DNA of 64,000 nt from Patescibacteria group bacterium (lineage in GTDB: Bacteria; Patescibacteriota; Patescibacteriia; SG8-24; DYFX01): NCBI GenBank assembly GCA_041659045.1, contig JBAZZB010000002.1, positions 85,427 through 149,426 on the forward strand. The letters are read 5' to 3'. The stretch's first letter is position 1. Every line of letters starts with the position of its first letter. A program made the translations under genes and the position numbers. Shown here piece by piece: positions 30,441-39,600 of this stretch. The notes beneath the pieces are model-generated. The model was not told the origin of the DNA. It worked only from the letters and a program-made list of their open reading frames with translations, and ran no database searches.

Positions 30441-30941
30441 ATGGACTTTCCGGGAACGGTCACGCACATTACTGAGGCTGAAATTCTTATCCGGCTTGTC
30501 CTGGCGACCGTTCTTTCGGCCCTGGTCGGCATGGAGCGCGAATTTCATCGTAAGCCCGCTGGCCTCCGCACGAACGTCATTGTCGGAATGGGCTCTTGCC
30601 TCTTCACGATCGTGTCTGTTCGCGCCGTCGATCTGTTCCCTACCGTGCAAGCAATTGACCCTACGCGCATCGCAGCGCAAATCGTTACGGGCATCGGCTT
30701 CCTCGGTGCCGGCACGATCCTGTTCGAAAAAGACCGTTCGTCCGTCGTCGGCCTGACGACCGCAGCAACCCTTTGGGTTGTCGCCGCCATCGGCACCGCG
30801 ATCGGCATGGGCTTGTACGTCGAAGCCATTGCCGGAACCGCTCTGATCTTCTTTACCTTCATGGTACTGAGCAGAGTGGTCAACGAAGTGCGTAAGCGCT
30901 CGAACGGGTACAACGGCAACGACACGGCCCGAGAGAAGTAA
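30441..30941 (+). CDS. mgtC: MgtC/SapB-family membrane protein
   Basis: 166 aa MDFPGTVTH...ALVGMEREFHRKPAGLRTNVIVGMGSCLFTIVS matches MgtC N-terminal signature; 17 nt after tRNA-Ile, 85 nt before tRNA-Phe. Confidence 0.8.
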   Translation: MDFPGTVTHITEAEILIRLVLATVLSALVGMEREFHRKPAGLRTNVIVGMGSCLFTIVSVRAVDLFPTVQAIDPTRIAAQIVTGIGFLGAGTILFEKDRSSVVGLTTAATLWVVAAIGTAIGMGLYVEAIAGTALIFFTFMVLSRVVNEVRKRSNGYNGNDTAREK

Positions 30942-31026
30942 TTGAGACGAAGCGACGCTCGTGTCATGCGAGCACAGCGAGCAAGAGGAGCGGCCCTGCA
31001 CCGTACGGTGCAGGGGTAAGCGACGA

Positions 31027-31101
31027 GCCGGGGTAGCTCATCGGTAGAGCGAAGGCCTGAAGAGCCTTGCGTGGTGAGTTCGACTCTCACTCCCGGCACC
31101 A
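31027..31101 (+). tRNA. tRNA-Phe (anticodon GAA), CCA encoded
   Basis: GCCGGGG/TCCCGGC acceptor (G7-U66), anticodon loop CTGAAGA, T-loop TTCGACT. Confidence 0.9.
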
Positions 31102-31104
31102 GAA

Positions 31105-31131
31105 AAGACCCACGAAAGTGGGTCTTTTCTT
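31105..31131 (+). terminator. Intrinsic terminator after tRNA-Phe
   Basis: AAGACCCAC-gaaa-GTGGGTCTT then TTCTTATT. Confidence 0.7.
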
Positions 31132-31628
31132 ATTAACGAACATCTTTGATAAGCCGTGAGCTGTCGCCGAATGGTGGCACTGCCACGCACCGCTTGCTAC
31201 TCCATAAAAAAAATGGTGTACGTTGCGTACACCAATTCGCTGCGGTGATCCGAGAGAGCGATGAAAGATCTCAGCGAACGTGCGCTATATGAGTTCAGCG
31301 TCCGCTAGGTCCTCAGTCGGCGCCGGCTTGGCACAACGCGTCTGGGTGCTTCAGTGGCAGCAGCAGCTGCAGCCACCGCCGATGACGGCGAGGAGCACGA
31401 TGATGGCGATGATCTCCACGGCGCTGTTTCCTTTCTCCGGGTACGAGGTGATGGGACGGTGGGAATAGATCGATCCGGGGGGGGCGACCGTACATTCCGA
31501 GCCTGCGGCTTCCCGACCCTTTCCAACTGCAAAATATACAATTAGCCCGCAATTGTCAAGAGTGACGGGATGGTCGATCCAGTGCCAACTTCGACACCAT
31601 ATAAAAAACCGTCCCTGGAGCAGGGCGG

Positions 31629-31877
31629 TTATCCGAAGAGGTAGAATGACTTCGTCCCGGCGCGGGCGGCACGGACGCCTGCAGCGAGGAAATCGGGATG
31701 CCGAACACCGTCGGTCATCGCCGCGATGACACGCTCGGAATTCACCTCCGTGCCGGCGTCGGCTGTGGGATCTATGAGTTTGGCGTCCTTGCGCATCTCA
31801 TCGGCGTCGGTGCCGACGAAATAGAGCTGGCCGCTTCCGTTCGAACACGTGAACTTCATGTATCGAATACCCGACAT
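31629..31877 (-). CDS. Small hypothetical protein (82 aa)
   Basis: MSGIRYMKFTCSNGSGQLYFVGTDADE...; GGAGG-6nt-ATG; followed by hairpin+T-run terminator at ~31590-31625. Confidence 0.4.
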   Translation of the reverse strand: MSGIRYMKFTCSNGSGQLYFVGTDADEMRKDAKLIDPTADAGTEVNSERVIAAMTDGVRHPDFLAAGVRAARAGTKSFYLFG

Positions 31878-31983
31878 CGCATACCTCCGTGTAGGGCCTA
31901 CTCTGAGGGTAGCGAAAGACCGAGGAAACGGCAACCCTTGCTTTTTTGATGATTTTAGGCTATCCTGTCAAAGAATAACCTCT

Positions 31984-32403
31984 ATGAATGAACGCATTGA
32001 GCCAGTAAAATCCGATCGATCAACCGAGCATCCTTCGGAAGTTTCAGGCGAGATCGGCATGGATGCAACCGAAAAGAAAGCTGCCCTACGCGTGCAGCTG
32101 CAAGAACTGGGAACGAAGCGAGAAAGCTATCAGCGTTCTTGGAGAGAGGCGTTCGACGCGTTTAAAAAGCAGAAGGAGGAAAACGACCAGGAGCGCGCCA
32201 CCATGGAACGTTTGAAACTCGGCAACAAACTCAATTTGTCAGAAGCCGATCTGAAGTCCAGCGACGAGCGCATGAAAGAAAACGAGGAAGCAGCCTTCCG
32301 CAACGCCGAGAACTACATGAAAGATCTGCGTGAAATCGGCGACGAGGTTTCAAAGCTGCATGACGAATTAGAGGAGCTCGAACGAAACGACAGCGTCAAC
32401 TAA
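31984..32403 (+). CDS. Coiled-coil hypothetical protein
   Basis: 139 aa from ATG 31984 (MNERIEPVK...), E/K/R-rich helical; ORF-track start 31849 is upstream of a plausible promoter region. Confidence 0.4.
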   Translation: MNERIEPVKSDRSTEHPSEVSGEIGMDATEKKAALRVQLQELGTKRESYQRSWREAFDAFKKQKEENDQERATMERLKLGNKLNLSEADLKSSDERMKENEEAAFRNAENYMKDLREIGDEVSKLHDELEELERNDSVN

Positions 32404-32425
32404 CAGGGCTTTGCCGGCCGCTGAG

Positions 32426-32501
32426 CGGGGTGTGGCCTAGTGGCTAAGGCGTCTGCTTTGGGAGCAGAAGACCGTGAGTTCAAATCTCACCACCCCGACC
32501 A
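32426..32501 (+). tRNA. tRNA-Pro (anticodon GGG), CCA encoded
   Basis: C1-G72 start typical of bacterial tRNA-Pro; anticodon loop TTGGGAG; T-loop TTCAAAT. Confidence 0.9.
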
Positions 32502-32517
32502 CTGGCCGGCAAAACAA

Positions 32518-32718
32518 AAACGGCGCGCCTTCAACGGCGGGTCGTTTTTCTATTCCTAGAGTGAGCGGCACTCGCGCCGCTTGCGCAGCGAGGACTGTCT
32601 GAGGCAAGGCGAGCCGCGATTGTCGAGCCCGGTGCCGCAGGCAGCCGAGTTCCGCAGCAAGCAAGCGGCGCGGGTGCCAGCGAACGGCGCGCCTTGACGG
32701 GCGGGCCGTTTTTGCTTA
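32518..32718 (+). repeat. Two copies of a ~35-nt terminator-like motif (AACGGCGCGCCTT(C/G)A(A)CGGGCGGG(T/C)CGTTTTT) flanking a 125-nt GC-rich non-coding segment
   Basis: Copy 1 32518-32554, copy 2 32682-32718, read directly; no convincing ORF between. Confidence 0.4.
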
Positions 32719-32757
32719 AGGTCGGGGCGTCCACAGCACAACAAGAAGGAGTCCGAC

Positions 32758-34344
32758 ATGAGAGCGCTCGCACAGAAGAAATACGACGTCATCGTCATCG
32801 GCGGCGGCCACAACGGCCTCGTCTGCGCGACCTACCTCGCCAAGGCAGGAAAGAAGGTTCTGCTGCTCGAGCGCCGCTCCATGCTGGGTGGCGCCTGCGC
32901 GACGGAGCCCTTCCCTGGCATGCCCGAGGCCTTCCAGACCACGGCGTCCTACGTCCTCGCGATCACACCGAAAGGTATCGTCGAGGAGCTGGAGCTGTTC
33001 AGGCACGGACTCAAGCTGCACGAACGCGATCCAAATGCGTTCACCCCACTCAAGGACGGCCGCTACTTCATGCGATGGAACGACGCGGAAAGGACGCGCG
33101 CCGAGATCGCCAAGTTCTCGTCGAAGGACGCGGAGAACTACCCGCGCTTCGAGGCGTCGGTCGCCGATCTCGCCGAGTTCACGCGCTGGCTGATGTTCCA
33201 GACGCCGCCCGACCCCTTCCGAACGCGCGACGTCTTCAAGATGATCAGCCTCGCCCGCAAGGCGCTGAAGCTCGGTCCCGAGAAGATCAAGCGGCTGGTC
33301 GACCTCTTCAGCATGAGCGAGTACGACTACGTCCGACGCTATGTGACGAGCGAGCCGCTCGTCGCCACGATCTGTTCGGACGGCATCATCGGCACCTGTG
33401 GCGGTCCTCGCTCCCCCGGCACGGCCTACGTGCTCCTGCACCACGACATCGGCGACCTCGGCGACGAGCCCGGCAAGTGGTTCTACGTCGAGGGTGGCAT
33501 GGGCGCGATCGGCACCGTCATCGGCAACGCCGCCCGCGCCGCTGGTGTCACCATCATGACGGACGCCGAAGTGGTGCGCGTCATCGTTGAGAAGGGCTGC
33601 GCTGTCGGCGTCGAAGCGATCGTCGAAGGCGTACCGATGTGCTTCAAGACCAAGACCATCGTCTCCGGCGCCGACTTCCACCGGACGTTCCGCATGCTCG
33701 ACCCGAGCGATCGCCCGGCTGGCACGGATGAACTCCTGTCCAACTTCGACACCCGCTCGCCGACCTGGAAGACCAACATGGTCATCTGGAACACACAGGA
33801 ACGGCACCTGACGTGGGCCTGCGACTACAAAGGTTCGCTGATACCCGGCACGATCCACCTGCCGCTCGAGAACACGGACGTCATCGAACGCGCCTACGAC
33901 GACTTCAAGTACGGCGAGCTCTCGAAGGTGCCGGTCCTCGAGATCTGCTGCCCAACGACGGTCGACCGCACGCTGGCGCCGCCGCAGTTCCATGTCCTCT
34001 CGATCCTTGGACAGTACGCGCCGTACGACACGCCCCGCGAGCTGCTGCAGCAGCGAACGCTCGAGGTCATGCGCCAGTACTGCAACATCGACGAGGTGCT
34101 GGTGACGGCGGACACGCACTCCCCCAAGGACATGGAGATGCGCTTTGGGCTGACCGGTGGCAACATCTTCCAAGGTGCCATGCCGCTCAACCAACTGTTC
34201 TTCATGCGCCCCGCGATGGGCATGGCCCGCTACCGCACCCCCATCAAGGGGTTCTGGATGTGCGGCTCGTCCTGCCACCCCGGCGGCGGCGTGACCGGCA
34301 TCCCCGGCCACAACGCCGCCCGAGAGATCCTCAAGGGCTGGTAG
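32758..34344 (+). CDS. FAD-dependent oxidoreductase, phytoene-desaturase (CrtI)/amine-oxidase family
   Basis: 528 aa; N-terminal YDVIVIGGGHNGLVCATYLAKAGKKVLLLE dinucleotide fold; AAGGAG RBS; high GC3. Confidence 0.8.
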   Translation: MRALAQKKYDVIVIGGGHNGLVCATYLAKAGKKVLLLERRSMLGGACATEPFPGMPEAFQTTASYVLAITPKGIVEELELFRHGLKLHERDPNAFTPLKDGRYFMRWNDAERTRAEIAKFSSKDAENYPRFEASVADLAEFTRWLMFQTPPDPFRTRDVFKMISLARKALKLGPEKIKRLVDLFSMSEYDYVRRYVTSEPLVATICSDGIIGTCGGPRSPGTAYVLLHHDIGDLGDEPGKWFYVEGGMGAIGTVIGNAARAAGVTIMTDAEVVRVIVEKGCAVGVEAIVEGVPMCFKTKTIVSGADFHRTFRMLDPSDRPAGTDELLSNFDTRSPTWKTNMVIWNTQERHLTWACDYKGSLIPGTIHLPLENTDVIERAYDDFKYGELSKVPVLEICCPTTVDRTLAPPQFHVLSILGQYAPYDTPRELLQQRTLEVMRQYCNIDEVLVTADTHSPKDMEMRFGLTGGNIFQGAMPLNQLFFMRPAMGMARYRTPIKGFWMCGSSCHPGGGVTGIPGHNAAREILKGW

Positions 34345-34370
34345 CCGTCCGATTCTCGGACGGTTTTTTT
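34345..34370 (+). terminator. Intrinsic terminator
   Basis: CCGTCCG-attct-CGGACGG-TTTTTTT. Confidence 0.7.
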
Positions 34371-34385
34371 GTTGCCAAATAACAC

Positions 34386-34730
34386 ATGCCCTGCCACAAT
34401 GTCCGCACTATGGAACTCCACAATCCAGACATCGCGCCCGAAATGCGCAAATCTTCGAACGCGGCTGAGAATCAGAATGAAAGAAACATGATTCAAGCGG
34501 CGCTCATGATGCGCTACCCTGAGGGCGATCTGGCGTGGTCGCAGCGCTATGCGCGCGCATTCCGCTCGTTGTTCATGACCGACGACTTTGTCGAACTCGT
34601 ACGAGAAGCGCATTTCTCGGAAGATCAAGAAGAGAAAAATGGAGCCCTGACGCGCATTCAGGAAATGCTTGAAGAAGCTTGGCAAAAGAATCCTGATCTG
34701 CGCGACGATACAGAATGGCGGCTGGTTTGA
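34386..34730 (+). CDS. Hypothetical protein
   Basis: 114-aa ORF (alt. starts 34410/34443), acidic, no SD. Confidence 0.35.
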   Translation: MPCHNVRTMELHNPDIAPEMRKSSNAAENQNERNMIQAALMMRYPEGDLAWSQRYARAFRSLFMTDDFVELVREAHFSEDQEEKNGALTRIQEMLEEAWQKNPDLRDDTEWRLV

Positions 34731-34749
34731 AAACGGCGCAAAGAAAAAA

Positions 34750-34774
34750 CAGCACGTTGAGTGCTGTTTTTTCA
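34750..34774. terminator. Bidirectional terminator
   Basis: AAAAAA-CAGCAC-gttga-GTGCTG-TTTTTT. Confidence 0.55.
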
Positions 34775-34848
34775 TGGAGCGGGCGAACGGAATCGAACCG
34801 TCGTGGCCAGTTTGGAAAACTGGAGCTCTACCATTGAGCTACGCCCGC
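34775..34848 (-). tRNA. tRNA-Gly (anticodon TCC), CCA encoded
   Basis: revcomp GCGGGCGTAGCTCAATGGTAGAGC...CCAGTTTTCCAAACTGG...GGTTCGATTCC..CGCCCGC-T-CCA. Confidence 0.9.
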
Positions 34849-34918
34849 CAGGTCGCTCGCGAGCGACGTGGCCCGCCTGTCCCGAGCAAAGCCTCGGGGC
34901 GAAACCGACACCTTTGTA

Positions 34919-35407
34919 TCAAACACGGCGCCTTGCGTCAACCATCGAGACCGCGGCGCAATAGGCAATCGCGAGCGCATCTGCAGCATCATCGGGCTTC
35001 GGTATTTCCTTGAGAGACAGGAGGCGTTTGACCATCTCCTGCACCTGCCGTTTGTCGGCTCCGCCATAGCCCGTCACAGCGACTTTAATTTGCATTGGGG
35101 TGAACTCCGAGATCGACATGCCGCCGTTCTGCGCAGCCATGAGTGCGACACCACGCGCCTCACTGACGGTCATCGCCGTCGTGACATTCTTTTGGAAGAA
35201 CAATTTTTCGACTCCGACATGCTCGGGCTGATGCTCAGTCATGAGCGCGCTGAGTGCGTCGTGCAAAAAAGAAAGTCTCTCCGGCTGTGGCATCTCCTTT
35301 GGCGTTTCAAGGCATCCATGCGCCACGTGTGTCAGACGAGAGCCTTCCTTACGCAAGACACCAAACCCGAGTCGCGCCGTGCCCGGGTCGATGCCGAGAA
35401 CGATCAT
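34919..35407 (-). CDS. ruvC: Crossover junction endodeoxyribonuclease RuvC
   Basis: MIVLGIDPGTARLGFGVL..., catalytic D/E/D/D positions conserved (GIDPG, VEKLFF, DAADALAIA). Confidence 0.9.
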   Translation of the reverse strand: MIVLGIDPGTARLGFGVLRKEGSRLTHVAHGCLETPKEMPQPERLSFLHDALSALMTEHQPEHVGVEKLFFQKNVTTAMTVSEARGVALMAAQNGGMSISEFTPMQIKVAVTGYGGADKRQVQEMVKRLLSLKEIPKPDDAADALAIAYCAAVSMVDARRRV

Positions 35408-36126
35408 AGTTCAACGTTGGTGTGCACCGCTTTAACGTCTTCATCCTCTTCAAACGCGTCGAGCAAATCGGCGAGTGCGACTTTCTGATCTTCTGGAGCC
35501 GCTAACGTTTCTTTAGCGACGTATTCCGGCTCAGCCGAAGCGATCTTGAAACCAGCTTTTTCAATCTTGGCACGCACGTCGACGAGATCAGCGAACGACG
35601 TAATGATTGTCCAACCCTGCTCGGCGCGCTTGATGTCTTCCGCGCCAGCTTCAATCATCTGCATCTCAACTTCGTCTTCGTCTTTGCCTTCGATCGCCTC
35701 CGCCGGAATCGCAATAACACCCTTGCGCTCGAACATCCAGGCGACCGAACCCGTCGCGCCGAGGTTGCCGCCGTTCTTGCTGAAATAATTTTTGACGTTC
35801 GAAACGGTGCGCGTGCGATTATCCGTGACGGTTTCGATCAGTACCGCCGCGCCGCCCGGGCCGTAACCCTCGTAGACCAGTTCTTCGAGCGCTGCCGATT
35901 CCAACTCCCCCGTTCCCTTCTTGATGGCGCGCTCGATGTTGTCCTTCGGCATGAAGGCCTCCTTCGCCTTTTCGATGGCGGTGTAGAGTTTCGCGTTCAT
36001 CGCCGGGTCTCCCCCCTTTTCTTTCGCGGCCATCGTGATGGCACGTCCGAGCTGCGTGAACTTAGCCGCACGCTGAGCGTCAGCTTTCCCCTTACCGAGC
36101 TTGATGTTTTGCCAGTGGCGTCCCAT
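35404..36126 (-). CDS. yebC: YebC/PmpR-family transcriptional regulator
   Basis: MGRHWQNIKLGKGKADAQRAAKFTQLGRAI... family N-terminus; ORF-track start 36144 adds 6 aa; overlaps ruvC start by 4 nt. Confidence 0.85.
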   Translation of the reverse strand: MGRHWQNIKLGKGKADAQRAAKFTQLGRAITMAAKEKGGDPAMNAKLYTAIEKAKEAFMPKDNIERAIKKGTGELESAALEELVYEGYGPGGAAVLIETVTDNRTRTVSNVKNYFSKNGGNLGATGSVAWMFERKGVIAIPAEAIEGKDEDEVEMQMIEAGAEDIKRAEQGWTIITSFADLVDVRAKIEKAGFKIASAEPEYVAKETLAAPEDQKVALADLLDAFEEDEDVKAVHTNVEL

Positions 36127-36202
36127 AGGTGTGTTTGTGGCCAAAGTATCCCAAAATAAGGCCGAATCGTCAATAAAAATGACCTCGCGAAGTGTCGCGG
36201 GG

Positions 36203-36577
36203 TCAAGGAGAAAGGTGGGTGAGGCCGAGCCGTTCGAGAAGTTCGCGGCGGCGCCGGTCGTAGATCACTGTCGTGAGTTGCGTTGCCATGCGGCGCGCGA
36301 ACACTCGGAAGTCGTAGACGTTCGTGAAGCCGGTCAGTGTTCCCTCCTCCTCAAAGGCACAGACCGTGCACATGCGGCGGGGCAGGATCGTCTCCGCATC
36401 GCTTGGCGGCCAACCGATCTGATCAATCTCACGCTCGTGGAGCTCGCCCTCGTGCGGACACCTCTCCTGCATTGCGATCGTCAACCGTTGGCGCTCGCGT
36501 TCGGCCATGACGATCGTTCCGTTCTGAACACGAATCGCGCTCACGTAGACATCAGGATCAAAGCCGGAAATCGACAT
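36203..36577 (-). CDS. Hypothetical protein
   Basis: 124 aa from MSISGFDPD with GGAGG-5nt-ATG. Confidence 0.4.
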   Translation of the reverse strand: MSISGFDPDVYVSAIRVQNGTIVMAERERQRLTIAMQERCPHEGELHEREIDQIGWPPSDAETILPRRMCTVCAFEEEGTLTGFTNVYDFRVFARRMATQLTTVIYDRRRRELLERLGLTHLSP

Positions 36578-36670
36578 GATGACCTCCAAATTCACGTGCG
36601 CGTATCTCACCTGAAAAACACGATTCTGTCAACGAAAAAACCCCGCGCATGCGGGGCTTTTTCTGCGATC

Positions 36671-39600
36671 TTACGAGCGTGCGTCGAGGCTGGGAGACAT
36701 GATCTGGTCGACCGAGATCGCGGCTTCGCCAGGCTTGTGGAAGCCCGTACCTGCCGGAATGAGGCGACCAATGATGACGTTCTCCTTGAGACCTTCGAGG
36801 CGATCAAGCTTGCCGGAGACGGCAGCGTTGATGAGCACCTTGGCGGTTTCCTGGAAGGAAGCGGCCGAGAGGAAGCTCTCTGTCGAGAGAGAAACCTTCG
36901 TGATGCCGAGGAAGAGTTCGTCGGCTTCGGCCGGCGTCTTCTTCAAGGCCTTCGCGCGGGCGTTCTCTTCTTCGAAGACAGCGCGTTCAACGGTTTCACC
37001 AGGAAGAAGCTCAGTGTCGCCGGCTTCCTTCACGTAGACGCGAGAGAACATCTGCTTGATGATCACTTCGATGTGCTTGTCGTTGAGCTTTTGACCCTGC
37101 GACGAGTAGATCTTTTGCGTTTCGTGCGTGAGATACGTCTGGACCGCTTCGCGGCCCTTGTACTTGTAGAGCTCCTGAAGGTCGAGGTCGCCTTCCGTGA
37201 GCTGGTCGCCCGGTTCAACCTGCTGGCCGTCCTTCACGTAGAGCACGTAGCCCGGCGGAATGACGTACTCGGTATCCTTGTTGGCCTCGCCGACAAGCGT
37301 GATCGCCGTCTTCACGACTTTGACCACGCCGCCGAAGGGGGCCCATTCCTTGGTACCGTCCTGGCGATTGATGAGTGACTGGCCCTGAGCAACTTTCTCG
37401 CCGTCTTTGACGGCAACTTCGTCGCCCTTCATAGCCTTGAACTTCACCTCGGCTTCTTCGGTGTGGCTGATGCGCACGACCTTGGAGCCAGAGAGCGCGT
37501 CGACGATACGTTCGCCGGATGCGGTCTCGATGATGCGGCGTTCGACTTCCTGGATCTTGGCGATGCCGGCGACGTCGGCCATGAAAGCCTTGCGCTTCGG
37601 CGGGCGAGCTTCGAAGAGTTCTTCGACGCGCGGGAGACCCTGGGTAATGTCGGAACCTGCGACACCACCGGTGTGGAATGTACGCATGGTGAGCTGCGTG
37701 CCCGGTTCGCCGATGGACTGCGCGGCAATGATACCGACGGCCGTGCCCATGCGGACGAGCTTGTTGTAGCCCAGGTCGTAGCCGTAGCACTTCTGGCAGA
37801 CGCCCTTGCGCTGCTTGCAAGTGAGGACGGAGCGGACGTGGACAGTCGGGATCTCGAGCTTCACCATTTCGCGGGCGTTGGCTTCGGTCACGATATCGCC
37901 AGCTTTGACGATGACCTTGCCCGTTTCCGGATGTTTGACGTTCTGGAGAGCCGTGCGGCCGACCGTGCGAGCCGCGACGGTTTCGCCCATCTCCTTCGAT
38001 TCTTCGGCGGTGATCTCCATGCCCACATCGGTGCCGCAGTCTTCGCTATGAATGACCACGTCCTGCGCGACGTCGACGAGACGGCGGGTCAGGTAACCGG
38101 CGTTGGCGGTACGAAGCGCGGTGTCGGTAAGACCTTTACGCGCACCGTGCGTCGAGATGAAGAATTCGAGGACGTCGAAGCCTTCCTTGAAACCCTTCTT
38201 GATCGGCAGTTCGATAATGTCGCCGCGCGGGTTGACCACGAGACCTTTGATACCGACCATCTGGGTCAACTGGGACCAAGAACCACGAGCACCGGATTCA
38301 ATCATGGACGCGACCGAACCTTCGCGAGGGAGCTGCTCCTTGGCGAGCTTCGTGATGCGATCCTTGATCTCTGTCCAGACTTTGATGATCTGGAGGTAGC
38401 GTTCGTGCTGTGTGAGCAAGCCTTCGCTGTATTGCTCTTCGATCTCTTCAACGCGCTTTTCGCCTTCGGCGAGGAGATCCGGCTTGCCCTTAATCGTCGG
38501 CAAGTCGTCCATACCCCACGAGAAACCGGAGCGGGACGCGTAGTGGAAACCGAGTTCCTTGAAGTCGTCGAGGAGTGCCGCAGCGCGTTCAGCGCCATGG
38601 AACTCGAGACAGAGACGAACAAGGTCCGCGGACTTCTTGGTGTCGAGCGCTTCGGAGATGCGCGGCAAGCCTTCCGGCAAGACGCTGTTGAGCAAGATAC
38701 GGCCCTGCGACGTTTCAACCGGCTTTTCGCCCTTCTCGACGCGGCAGAGGATCTTTTCGTTGAGCTTGATGTTGCCGGTCTGGTACGCGAGGCGCACTTC
38801 AGACGGAGATGCGAAGGCTTTGACGACGCCGTCGCCACGGTCGGTGAAGCGCGAGAGGTAGTGGATACCCCAGATGATGTCCTTGTTCAACATGGCCGGC
38901 GGCGCGCCCGTAGCCGGTTTGAGCAAGTTCTTGGAGGAGAGCATGAGCTCGCCCGCTTCGCGCTTGGCTTCTTCCGTGAGCGGAACGTGGACGGCCATTT
39001 GGTCACCGTCGAAGTCAGCGTTGAAGGCTGGGCAGACCATCGGGTGGAGCTGGATCGCCTTACCTTCGATCAACGTCGGCTGGAAAGCCTGGATCGAAAG
39101 GCGGTGGAGCGTAGGAGCGCGGTTGAGCATCACGTAGCTCTTCTTCGTGATCTCTTCGAGAATGTCCCAGATTTCCGAACGGCCGGATTCGATGAAACGG
39201 TTGGCCGAACGGATGTTGTGGCAGAACTCGTGCTTGATGAGCTGCGCGATGACGAACGGCTTGAAGAGTTCAAGCGCCATACGCTTCGGCAAGCCGCACT
39301 GCGAGAGCTTGAGGCGCGGACCGACGACGATGACCGAGCGGCCGGAGTAGTCGATGCGCTTACCGAGCAAGTTCTGGCGGAAACGACCCTGCTTACCCTT
39401 GAGCTGGTCGGCGAGGGACTTCAGCTGGCGCTTGCGGCCGGTCGTGGCGATGACCGTCTTCGACTGGCGAGCGCTGTTGTCGATGAGTGCGTCGACCGCT
39501 TCCTGGAGCATGCGCTTTTCGTTGCGCGAAATGACTTCCGGAGCGTTGAGTTCCTGGAGGCGCTTCAAGCGGTTGTTGCGGTTGATGACGCGGCGATAGA

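Noticed and set aside
31280-31552. ORFs of 62-79 aa in the tRNA-Phe downstream spacer
   Set aside because: Gln/Arg/Pro/Ala-rich low-complexity translations overlapping one another; no RBS.
36101-37378. 425-aa + ORF spanning yebC/hypothetical/rpoC 3' region
   Set aside because: Antisense to three well-supported minus-strand genes; Arg/Leu/Ala-rich.
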